NCBI RefSeq assembly: GCF_006345805.1
Contig: NW_021833428.1
Location: forward strand, 1-64,000
Length of the DNA stretch: 64,000 nt
Direction of reading: 5' to 3'
Origin: Octopus sinensis
Lineage: Eukaryota
The translations under genes were made by a program, and so were the position numbers. Below the pieces are notes generated by a model that searched no databases, was not told where the DNA came from, and was given only the letters and a program-made list of their open reading frames with translations. Each line of letters starts with the position of its first letter. Position 1 is the stretch's first letter. Positions 24,226-34,789 of this stretch are shown here, piece after piece.

Positions 24226-25865
24226 CAGTGACTCCTCTGAAATTGGCCACCTCTGAAATTGACCACACTTATAAAATTATCTTAAGAAAAATTCGAATTT
24301 CCATTGAAAGTGGCCAATTCTCAAATTGACCATAAATTTTAAAATATATTTTATATAATTTGCAAATTAATAAAATTTCAGTTATTTTATGTCTTCGAAC
24401 AATTCTCGTGGTAATTATACTCGTCTCACTTTTTATCAAAAAATACAGATTTTAACTTATAAAAATCAAAATGAAGATGTTTCATGTCAGTATTTGGCTG
24501 ATAGATTCGCGTCTGAATTAAAACTGGATAATTTTAAAAACTCAAATGGATACCTTCATAAATTCAAAAAGAGGCATGGTTTTCGAATGACCAAGTTACA
24601 TGGAGAAATGAGAACTAATGATCCAGTAGATGTCGACTTATTTATCGAAAAATTCATAGAAATATCAAAGAGTTATAATGCCGATCAAATTTATAACTTG
24701 GACGAAACGGGATTGTATTACAAGCTGATTCCTTCGAAGAGTATTTGTAGAAACAGATTTCAAGGATATAAAAATTTCAAAGATCTTGTTTCTATTATGC
24801 TATGTTCAAATATGAGTGGAAATCATAAATTGAAACCTGTGATGATCTCGAAACCTAAAATGCCAAGATGCTTTAAATCTTATGACTATAAATGTTTCAT
24901 TGATTATTATAGCTCAAAACGAGCTTGGATGACAGGAACAATTTTTACTAACTGGCTTGGATGACAGGAACAATTTTTACTAACTTTGATTACCATCTCA
25001 AAAATGAAAAAAAGCAAATTTTACTTCTCATGGACAATTGTCCTTCACATTGTGTTCCATCAAATTTGGATAACATAAAAATGTTGTTTTTTCCTCCAAA
25101 TAGTACTGGTCTTATTCAACCTGTGGATTTGGGTATAATAAAAACATTTAAAACACATTTTACTCGACACAAGTTAATGTATTTGACTGATTTGTTGGAA
25201 CAGCAAAATATTTCAGTATACAGTTCCTACAAAAAGTTAACTCTAAAGGATACTGTAATTTTCGTAAAAATGGCTTGGGAAGATGTGTCTGAAAAAACGA
25301 TTGCAAATTGTTTTGGAATTTTAAGCAACCCATTCAAAAAGAATCATGTAGTTGAAGTTCAAGATATTGCAGTAGAAAAAACTGACATTTTTGATCCCTT
25401 AGAAGTCGAAGAATTTCTTAATTTTGAATATTCTGAAAATGATACATTTCAAGACGTTGAGGATATTGAAAATATAAAAAATGAAGAAGAAGTAGAAGCT
25501 GAAGTAGAATCCAATGAAGTAGAATCCAATGATTCAATTGACAAATAAGACATTGTGGTTAAGTTAACTAAAATTAAAAACGACCTCCTAAAAAACATTG
25601 AGAACGAACATGAAGTTCAATTGATTACATCCATAAGGCGCTATAAGGAAAATGTCATTAAAACTCAAAAAAAGCAGATGGGCATCCAATTCTACTTTAA
25701 GAACATTAATAATGCTTAATTACTTAAAATTTTCTGGATAAAAGTTGTTCTTATTCAAAATTTAATTTACACAAAAGATTGATTTTATTTCTCAAATTGG
25801 CCATTTCTCGAATTGACCACAAAAACACGTGGAACCAAAAATGGCCGATTTCAGAGGAGTCACTG
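24226..25865 (+). mobile_element. pogo/Tigger-family DNA transposon with frameshifted transposase (24389-25548)
   Basis: TA|CAGTGACTCCTCTGAAAT ... ATTTCAGAGGAGTCACTG|TA; FKNSNGYL..FKKRH, IYNLDETG, AWMT, MDNCPSH, PPNST..IQP.D.GII. Confidence 0.95.
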
Positions 25866-26050
25866 TAACTGAAGATGAATACACTTAACCACTTCATTAT
25901 GTCTTCGAAAATAATCACTGCTAACACATCGTGAGGCTAGATGGTCAGCAGTCTGTTTCTATTACCAGATAGAGTGACTCGGAATCTGAATGTGTCAAAT
26001 TTTAAGAGGACGGTATCATTATTCAGATTGTCCGACTTCAGCGCGATCAT

Positions 26051-26301
26051 TCTTAGCTTCCTATCACACAGAACGGGTGAGGAACTTAATCAATTATTTG
26101 CAGAATTTTGTTCATCGTACCTGGATGAAAAAATGATGAATAATTTCCTACAAATGAAAAAATGCAATAATTTAGAAGATTGTAATTTACTTTTTGAAAC
26201 CACTTCATTTCACCTTTCTAACCTTTACTATTCATACGGAAAACGTGTTGAAGAAATGGAATAAGAAACTAAACTTTCTTAAAGCATTTCTTGGAAACTT
26301 G
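26051..26301 (+). repeat. Dispersed about 250-bp repeat; inverted copy at 39752-40003
   Basis: Near-identical reverse-complement match seen directly. Confidence 0.9.
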
Positions 26302-26680
26302 GAAGACGCCAAAGGAACTTACGGATTAGAGTCTCTATACACCCAATAAATTAAACCAACAATTGTTTACGGATGTACAGTATGGGGAAGCAATCTAGCA
26401 TATACAAATGTCAAAAAATTGACAATATTCAAATGAAGATTGTAAACCTCCTAGCGAATGTCACGGGTAATCAAATTCAACCAAAGGGACTAGAAGAAAT
26501 TGTGAAAGAAAACGGTGGAGACCCCAGGAAAAAAGTCAATTTTCGGGATCCCCGACCTCTTAGACAATGCGCTGTAAAACAGAGAAAAGATGCGAAGGTT
26601 TCTAAAAGAGGCTGGGATCACCTGAAATAGTTAATTATTGTTATGACGGTGTTTTTGGTCCTGATAAATAAATAAACGAC
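26302..26680 (+). mobile_element. LINE RT 3' end with (TAAA)n tail
   Basis: LY..IKPTIVYGCTVWG; ends ..AGIT*; same family as 16753-17570 and 41200-41450. Confidence 0.75.
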
Positions 26681-26689
26681 ATAATAAAG

Positions 26690-27080
26690 CAATTAGATAC
26701 TTTCACGTTCGGCTTTGTCGTTGATATGATATTCAAAGATCAAAGAGGCTTAAGACATAGTCAGTAAATTCTACAGATGCAAATGATTTCCTAGAGATAC
26801 GGATGGATACCACAATAAATACCAATGTCTTTTTCTAAAATAATAAACCTGTTATTTTCTTCAAAACGTAACTCCTGAGTTGCCACCGAAATATCTTTTA
26901 AGTCACTCTGCGGTCCGCAAGGTGGACAACACGATTCGCAGAGATATGCTTGCTAAATATTTTTTAACCTGCAAGAGTAGCGATAACTCGTTTGTGTTGT
27001 TCAGAACAGGGCGGACATCCTTTCGGCATACCCGCGTCAGTCAAGAGGATCCTGCTTTAGGTATATTATGTACTCCTTTA
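26690..27080 (-). mobile_element. R4-like retrotransposon fragment
   Basis: Nucleotide similarity to 39060-39230 (ctgagttgccacc..ctgcggtccg..aacctgcaa..taactcg). Confidence 0.6.
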
Positions 27081-27439
27081 TTATTAAAAACTTTGGAAGA
27101 GAGTGAAAGAAAGATACTAAACCTGGAACAAGGAATGTTTAATTTTCTTTTGTTGTTTTTCCAAGATTGTTTAAATTGGGTTTTGCCGAATTTTACAAAA
27201 AAATAAAGTTATAATTAGTTATGGAGAGTAGTCTGTACGGATCGCTCAGCAGTTTCCTCTAAATATTGCAACACTGAGCAGTTTCCTTTAAATATGGCAC
27301 ATTATTTTCATTTAAAAGCGAGAGACGTTGTTTATGTAGAAAACTGGGCCTTAAATTCTTAGATTAAAGTGATAGAATAGTGGCATTAAATATAAATAGG
27401 AATGTGCCCGCATTAACTTGATGAATCGTCAAAAATTTA

Positions 27440-27775
27440 TGGATGTCCTTACAAAATTCCTTGACGAATCCTCTATCTGGAGAATTAAAACTATACTATA
27501 AAGGAAAGATCAATGTGGCGGCATACGCAGATGATGTGAATATTATTTCCTCCGACAGGAATGCTCTAGAATGCCTATTGGAAGTGATGGCAAATAAACT
27601 TGCTGAGTCGTTCCTAAATGTAAATGTGGAGAAAACAGAATTTAGTGAACTTGTCAAATAAAAGTCTAAGCTGGACGAACATTGGCGAAAAGTTAAGAAA
27701 CTTAGATCCCTATTTAGAGGCGATCAAGACGTGATAATGCGTAAAACACATGCAAACAGCGCACTACACAGCCTA
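27440..27775 (+). mobile_element. RTE-like LINE RT fragment
   Basis: AYADD, LNVNVEKTE, VKKL.SL; close homologue of 56270-57100. Confidence 0.85.
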
Positions 27776-27893
27776 AAAAATAATTTTGTTATGATCAACT
27801 ACATAGATTATTTACTTCCAATTTTCAAAAAAAAGTTAATTGAACAGGTTTTGTATTAAAAAACATTTATTTATAAAGAAAACTAACATCTTA

Positions 27894-29048
27894 TGTCACA
27901 GTCGGATAAATAAACACGCGAATAAATAGACACCTAGCTTAAAAATATTTAAAAAATATATAAATAGTTATTTTATACATCAATATTAACAATTAGTTAA
28001 ATATTTTAGAGAAATATTGTACTTTTTAATTTATAAAAAAAGCGTGGAACTATGCGTATTGTGAAGCTCAGCAAAGAAATTCTTGAAAAAATCAAAAAAA
28101 TCAGAGAAAACCAAGAAGAAAACACATTATACGACAGTCCCAGCAGAAAACAACGATTTAGGCTAAAGCAGCTTGCGAAAAACATATGCTTTGAAAATGG
28201 AAATGTATTCTTTATTAAAAATTCAGCCAAATTGCGATTGCGACCAGAACCGCTGAGTTAGGGCTTAATAGGAGTTTCTGTCAAGTTAGAGTTGGTTCTA
28301 CAAAATTAGGATTTAGTAAAAGTTTGAAATACGTTAAGCGTTAGGGTTTGGTTAGGGTTAGGCTTAATTATTTTTAGCGTTAGGGTTTTGTTAGTGTTTG
28401 GGTTGGCTTTTAGAATGTCATTGAGTTGAAGCTGAGGTATTGCTTTGAAAATGGAAATGTATATACCAGATCTCATTGATCTATGCAGATATTCTGAAAT
28501 TAACGATAAATTCTCTTGGGTATTTTAGATGAGCTAACGATTTTGTTTAAAATTTTTCATCTAAATTTTTTAGCTATCTTTAATTTCTTTCTTGCTTTCA
28601 TAACAAAGATATAAAGTTTCAAAAAAAAAAAAAATTTTTTTAAGAATTGGAAGCCCGCATAGGGTTTGGGTTAATTGTTTAAGATTTGAGTTAGGATTAG
28701 GAGCAGACGAAGCTTTTATATGGAATCTAGAATTTTTTTCTATTTTCTAATGTAAATTTTAATTATTATCTCAATTTTAACAGATTTATTTACAATTTTA
28801 AATCATTATTTTTTAATGGTTAACCAAAAATCAAATAGATTTCTCGATAATCAATAAAAATTGTTGATGTCAGTGGGATGTTGGTTTTTTCGAGACCCTG
28901 CTTTTTTCAACAGGTACCAAAATTATTAAAAATGTGTTTAAAGTGAGATTTGGAAAAAATTAACATGTATTTTGTATGGTAATATTGCTTAAAAATGAAA
29001 TTTTGAAAGTGTCCATTTATTCGCATGTCCATTTATCCGACTGTGACA
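27894..29048 (+). mobile_element. Non-autonomous Ginger-like element (TGT...ACA, 5-bp TSD)
   Basis: TIRs tgtcacagtcggataaat / atttatccgactgtgaca; TSD tctta on both sides; a single tctta at the empty site in the inverted arm (about 31493-31497); integrase remnants (DLIDL..Y..IN..F.W). Confidence 0.9.
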
Positions 29049-29141
29049 TCTTATAAAAATTTATTTTTCAAATTATTTAAATTTTTAAAAATTTCGAGAA
29101 TTTTTTTCACCATATAAATTAATTTTCGCCGTCCGATTTAA

Positions 29142-29968
29142 ATGATTTTTGGCCCTGCAGACATTGCTGTGTTTTCGTTAATTCCGATACTGCCTATTGT
29201 CCAAATTGTCATTGAGGCACTAATGCGGAAATTGCCAGTAATTGCACATCTTCAGCCTATATAGGGAAATTTTGAGCGGTATTTGGTCGGGGATCGGAAT
29301 CTCCATCTAATTCCATGCACATTGTCACTAATCGCGAACTTTAAATCCGCAATTTTTATTACATGAGTTGTTTACGAAACCTTTATGACCAACTTCCACT
29401 TTTTCTGGCTTGCTTTGGGATACATTCTAGGAGCTCTTATTTCTGGAGAATTGTTAATTCCTCATTTTTTCAAAAATAAGATCTTAAACGGATTTCAGGT
29501 CCTCATTTTTTATTTTTTTAGATTTTTACAAATCGGTTCAATTCTGAGCTCATAGAACGGGCAGTCAGTGTGGTTTATGTTTTTCAAACTGTAAACACTA
29601 CCAAGCATTTTATAGGTCGCTTATCTCTCTGTCGTTATGTATGTTCCTGCAAATTTTCTCCGTCTCAGTATGATTGACTAAATAATTTGTCAGTAACTGG
29701 ATTTGATCTTTGGGTGTATATTCTGATCATTTCTCGGATTTGCGTAATCTACACGACAATTGTCAGACTATTCGTAGCTATATTAGGGAGGCGTCAGGTT
29801 GGTAATACTGTCCGACATGATCCAAATGATTTTCATTGCAATCGGAATTCTAGTTATTTTAGCACTGTCGACATCAAAAGTTGACAAATCGTTCCATCAA
29901 ATTCTTAATGAGGCTGCTCAAAATACTGAATTAAACGGATTCGGGTCTGAATTGTTACTTATAGTTTT
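29142..29968 (+). pseudogene. Truncated inverted duplicate of the SLC5 transporter 5' half
   Basis: Same exons as 30577-31404; ends abruptly at the fold-back junction. Confidence 0.85.
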
Positions 29969-31404
29969 GCTTAGAATAATAAACGCAATCTGCTGAGATT
30001 GAGCGGTTCTAAGCATAGGTGTGAGGGACAGCCCTGAAACAAGCACTCCAAAAACAAAACCTATCATTATAAACTGAAATACATACACAAAATTCGCAAA
30101 ATTAGAAGGGATTTTGAATCTTGGTTTTCTACATTCCACTTTTACAGAGATCACGGAGTTTAACCCCAAAGACAAAGTACTAATACTTTTCAAGAAAATT
30201 TACCTTAATGCGGCTGAGAATAATGTCCCGATAAAAAGCCCAGCCAGTCCTTTATACTTTGAAAGAACGTTAGTTACAAGATAGAACAAGATCTAGAAAT
30301 TTATCAAAACTTTAAACGTCGAATTTTGTTAAATTTTGTTCCTTTAACATCTCCTCAGTAACTAGTTGCTTAGCCACGATCCCAATAAATCCACAAAGAG
30401 TAAAAAACGTACAATTCCCGAGCAAGTGTAAATACAACGCTCTTGAATAGAATATGATTCGTACCATTTAGCCTTCTTCACGGACCCCAAACCTAAGTAG
30501 CGTTGAATCATGGTCTGATTGTCCCATAAATGCTTGACGTGAGGAAAATTTCCAAAATCAATTTTTGGAATATTCTAAAACTATAAGTAACAATTCAGAC
30601 CCGAATCCGTTTAATTCAGTATTTCGAGCAGCCTCATTAAGAATCTGATGGAACGATTTGTCGACTTTTGATGTCGACAGTGCTAAAATAACTAGAATTC
30701 CGATTGCAATAAAAATCATTTGGATCATGTCGGACAGTATTACCAACCTGACGCCTCCCTAATATAGCTACGAATAGTCTGACAATTGTCGTGTAGATTA
30801 CGCAAATCCGAGAAATGATCAGAATATACACCCAAAGATCAAATCCAGTTACTGACAAATTATTTAGTCAATCATACTGAGACGGAGAAAATTTGCAGGA
30901 ACATACATAACGACAGAGAGATAAACGACCTATAAAATGCTTGGTAGTGTTTACAGTTTGAAAAACATAAACCACACTGACTGCCCGTTCTATGAGCTCA
31001 GAATTGAACCGATTTGTAAAAATCTAAAAAAAATAAAAAATGAGGACCTGAAATCCGTTTAAGATCTTATTTTTGAAAAAATGAGGAATTAACAATTCTC
31101 CAGAAATAAGAGCTCCTGGAATGTATCCCAAAGCAAGCCAGAAAAAGTGGAAGTTGGTCATAAAGGTTTCGTAAACAACTCATGTAATAAAAATTGCGGA
31201 TTGAAAGTTCGCGATTAGTGACAATGTGCATGGAATTAGATGGAGATTCCGATCCCCGACCAAATACCGCTCAAAATTTCCCTATATAGGCTGAAGATGT
31301 GCAATTACTGGCAATTTCCGCATTAGTGCCTCAATGACAATTTGGACAATAGGCAGTATCGGAATTAACGAAAACACAGCAATGTCTGCAGGGCCAAAAA
31401 TCAT
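29969..31404 (-). pseudogene. SLC5 sodium/solute symporter (SMVT/SMCT/NIS-like) pseudogene, 3'-truncated
   Basis: MIFGPADIAVF, YLVGDRNL..IPCTLSL, VVMYVPA, VILSDMIQ, QTMIQRYL; in-frame TGA at 31180-31182 and an apparent frameshift near 30520. Confidence 0.82.
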
Positions 31405-31689
31405 TTAAATCGGACGGCGAAAATTAATTTATATAGTGAAAAAAATTCTCAAAATTTTTAACAATTTAAATAATTTGAAAAATAAATTTTTATAAGATGT
31501 TAGTTTTCTTTATAAATAAATGTTTTTTAATACAAAACCTGTTCAATTAACTTTTTTTGAAAATTGAAAGTAAATAATCTATGTAGTTGATCATAACAAA
31601 AATTATTGGAACAAATTGACTTTATTTTTAAAAATTAATTTTAGCTAGCAAACGTTTTATCATGCAGTTTTTTTCAATTATTATTATTA

Positions 31690-31958
31690 AACAATAACCG
31701 CTGCTCCTGTCACCACCTATAGGGATTTGGGATCTTTGTTGTTCATTTTTTGTCGGGAAAATTTTAAAGACCTCATTATCGGGGATATTCTTAATACGTT
31801 CGATTTTTGGAGGGCCTCCTCGTTTTGGACTATTTCTCCGATATTAGCTAATTATAATGGGAAAGGATTCTGACAGTTTATCTGTATTTTGCTAATTTGA
31901 AGTTGGTGTGCGCAGACACATAGACAGACACACACCATACCAATTTATTATTAAGATT
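31690..31958 (+). mobile_element. Possible non-autonomous Helentron/Lep1-like element
   Basis: 3' end cagacacatagacagacacac...tttattattaagat resembles HINE/Lep1 ends; 5' end uncertain. Confidence 0.4.
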
Positions 31959-32329
31959 TAGGTTGCATTTTAATTAAAAAGCATATTTCATGAACATGGA
32001 TCTTCTATGATTTTATAATTAGACAACGATAAAGAATTTAAAAATTCTGACATTAGGACGCTTACTTATGAATTGATTTAAGTCTGTATCATAAACACGC
32101 CTTCTAACAACACAAAGAGAAATATATGAAACAATCAATATCCTATTTTCTATCAAAAAAATTTTTGTATAATTTTAACTACCTATTTAAGTGATTCTAA
32201 ACATTTAAATAAATATCTGAAACATTTATTAAAAAACCAAGATTTTAAGTAATCATTAATAGTTTTTTTGACTGATATTTTCTCTATTTTTTTGCATTTT
32301 TATTAAACTTTCAAGCATATTCACATTAA

Positions 32330-33115
32330 AATGATCGTCATGTAAAAATGTTTTTGAGGTCCGAAACACATTTATCGCGTCTCGATGTGTGATACATTTG
32401 TTTCTTTGACAATCTTCTATAATTAAATTGTCCAACTTGTCATTTTCATCGTTATTGTTTTGTAGAAATTCATAAAGTTCGTATTTTCAGAGTACGTAAA
32501 GTCTATAAACTCCTCTTCTTTTATGGTGTGACATGGTTTGCGTGACACCTATGGGCCCTGGTCCATTTATTTTTCCTTTCTTTTGTGGCCGAGGAGACAT
32601 CCGGTTTCGCAGTGAAATCACTGATGACGGTGTCACTCGTCAATCCGGTGCATTTAATATGAATGGAACCTTCAGGCGGAATGATAAGATTGAGATTCGA
32701 ATCAGGGAGCTTTGCAAAACTGCCCAAATCCTTCAAGCACTGCATCATCCGGCCGAAAATTCCATTGCTCGCCAAATTCTCTTATTCGCCACGTTTTAGT
32801 ATTAAAAAAAATAATAATTTATTATTACAAAAATAATTTTGTGAATATTTATACCGCGTATCTTTTTGTGTAACATGAGGAAGTGTTCTAGTTTATCTTA
32901 TAATCAAAAAGAGAAATTATAATTTATCTTGTTGATAACTCTTCTCTGAGTTTTTATTTTCTTATCTTGCCTGGAAAAATGCGTCGGTGGATACAATATC
33001 AAAATGTTTTCAGCACGCCAAATGGAAAAAAAGCATTGAAGAACCTATTAAGGGAGACCATAAAATAAAAAATTTCGGACAAATTATAGATAAATTAATG
33101 ATCCCAGATCCCATA
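32330..33115. mobile_element. Rearranged remnants of a second pogo-family element
   Basis: AWKNASVDTISKCF..IPDPI on + (to 33115) continues as KEEEFIDFTYSEN on - (from 32521); its outer terminus lies at about 34715-34780. Confidence 0.7.
32558..32745 (-). mobile_element. tRNA-like SINE (tail displaced to 34674-34711)
   Basis: B-box-like gattcgaatc at 32694-32703; body matches 37430-37575. Confidence 0.65.
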
Positions 33116-34673
33116 TGTGACATGGTTTGCGCGATACCTATGGTTTGCGCGATACCTGACGTGACCTTGAAATGTACAATTATGACATTGATGGGATTAA
33201 ATTATAAATCTTTTAATTAGACCGCGACTCATTCTTATCATTTAATAATTTACTAAATTAGCTAAAGACTCTCTCATTTTGACAAAAAATTATATTTATA
33301 GGAATTTAATTATCAGAAATTAATTTTTTTTTGGTGGAAAACCTAAATTTCTTGAATTATTTCTAGCGTGCAAGTATATTTGCAGCAATGTCCTCGTACA
33401 AAGGTTATGTAAAGAATAGTTTGGAATATCAAATTTTAAAAGATGCTTTACAGGATAAATTTCCTGAATATCTTACAAAGCAAAAAAAATATAGACTAGT
33501 TAAGAAAATTGAAAATTTTACTGTAATTAATGAAAGGTATCATACAAATTGTAAATGTATAGATTGTATCTTAAATGTGCGAATTCAGATCACAAGCTAG
33601 TGATTTGTCTAGACAATGGATTTTAACGGTCATTGACGTATATAGCAGGTTAGTTTTTTTATCAATTTTTATAGATTTGCATTTGCGAGGCCGCTCTACA
33701 CTAAGTCCTCAAATGAAGTTTGTGAAAACCTTAGATCATTATTTTTCTTAAATGGTCCGTGTCAATTTCTTCAGTCCGATAATGGGACTGAATTCAAGAA
33801 TCGTGAAATGACCAATCTATGTGAGGAATTCAATATCAAACGAATTCACGGAAGGCCAAACAATCCCCGCTCACAAGGGATTGTCGAACGCTTCAACCAG
33901 TCAATTACAAGAAAAATGGCAAAAATGATCGACAATGATAATAAAAAGTGGCTGGAAAAATTAGAAAATGCAGTGTACAGTTATAACATTTCTGTCCACT
34001 CATCTTCTAATGAGAGCCCTTTTGAAAGATACCGGGGAATAAGTGGAATAAATACAATATTTTATGGTTGTAATTATAAAATTATTCCTTAGATAATTCA
34101 AGTAATGATTTGTTGAGTCCTGATCAAGTCGATGATGCAAACAATTGTCCGAGTCCAATTGAAAATTCATGTAATTTGAATTTCTATATGTAGATGATTG
34201 TAATTATTCGTTTACAAGTCCGAAAAGATTTCAGTTCGAAATCAACCCCATTGATCCTAATTCTAATTATTACAAAGCGATGAACAGAAAAATGAATGTT
34301 CACAATAGTAAGTATGAATTTAGTGTTGGTGATAAGGTATGCATAAAAATTAATGTTTAGGTTCGAGTTAAAAAAGACTTTGGAACAAATCCTTCGTTGC
34401 GACTGGATAAGTTTGAATCTCCATATTATCCATCTGCAGAAATTATCAGTATTTTATCGAACAATCGCGTTGAGGTAGTTTAAACATTTAAATTTAATAG
34501 ATAAAAAATTCGATGAGCGAAATTTCGATTGTGCCAATGTCCAGACTTAAAAAATAATTAACAAGTTATTATTCTTTGAAGTTTAATATTAATTACAATA
34601 TTGACATTAAGTTAAGCTTCAAGGTCACGTCAGGTAACACGCGGCCCATAGGTGTCACGCAAACCATGTCACA
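33116..34673 (+). mobile_element. Ginger-like DNA transposon with intron-containing DDE integrase (33388-34557)
   Basis: About 55-bp imperfect TIRs tgtgacatggtttgcg..cctgacgtgaccttga; WILTVIDVYS|RFAF, LQSDNGTEF, GRPNNPRSQGIVERFN, YN.S.HS..ESPF, FSVGDK|VRV; six GT-AG micro-introns; internal deletion. Confidence 0.9.
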
Positions 34674-34789
34674 TAATATATTGTTCTCATCTTGCGGCAG
34701 GGCTTGTTGTTAGTAAAAATGGCATTTTTTCCAAAAAAGTGGCGAGTTATAGAAATGGCGAGCAACAGAGGGTAAACTTAATGTATGTT

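Larger units (their letters stand above)
27779..31607. repeat. Large inverted duplication: arms 27779-29968 (including a TE insert) and 30577-31607
   Basis: Direct reverse-complement identity with scattered substitutions; about 600-bp spacer. Confidence 0.95.

Noticed and set aside
31180-31182. In-frame TGA in both SLC5 copies as possible recoding or selenocysteine
   Set aside because: It falls at or next to a position that is usually Gly, the gene also has an apparent frameshift and is truncated, and intact genes here use TGA as a normal stop.
32585-32650. Hammerhead-like string on minus (ttgacga..gaaac cggat gtc) in the SINE core
   Set aside because: The first core base is U not C, stem II would be branched, and the two other copies have GGAAC instead of GAAAC, so the catalytic core is not conserved.
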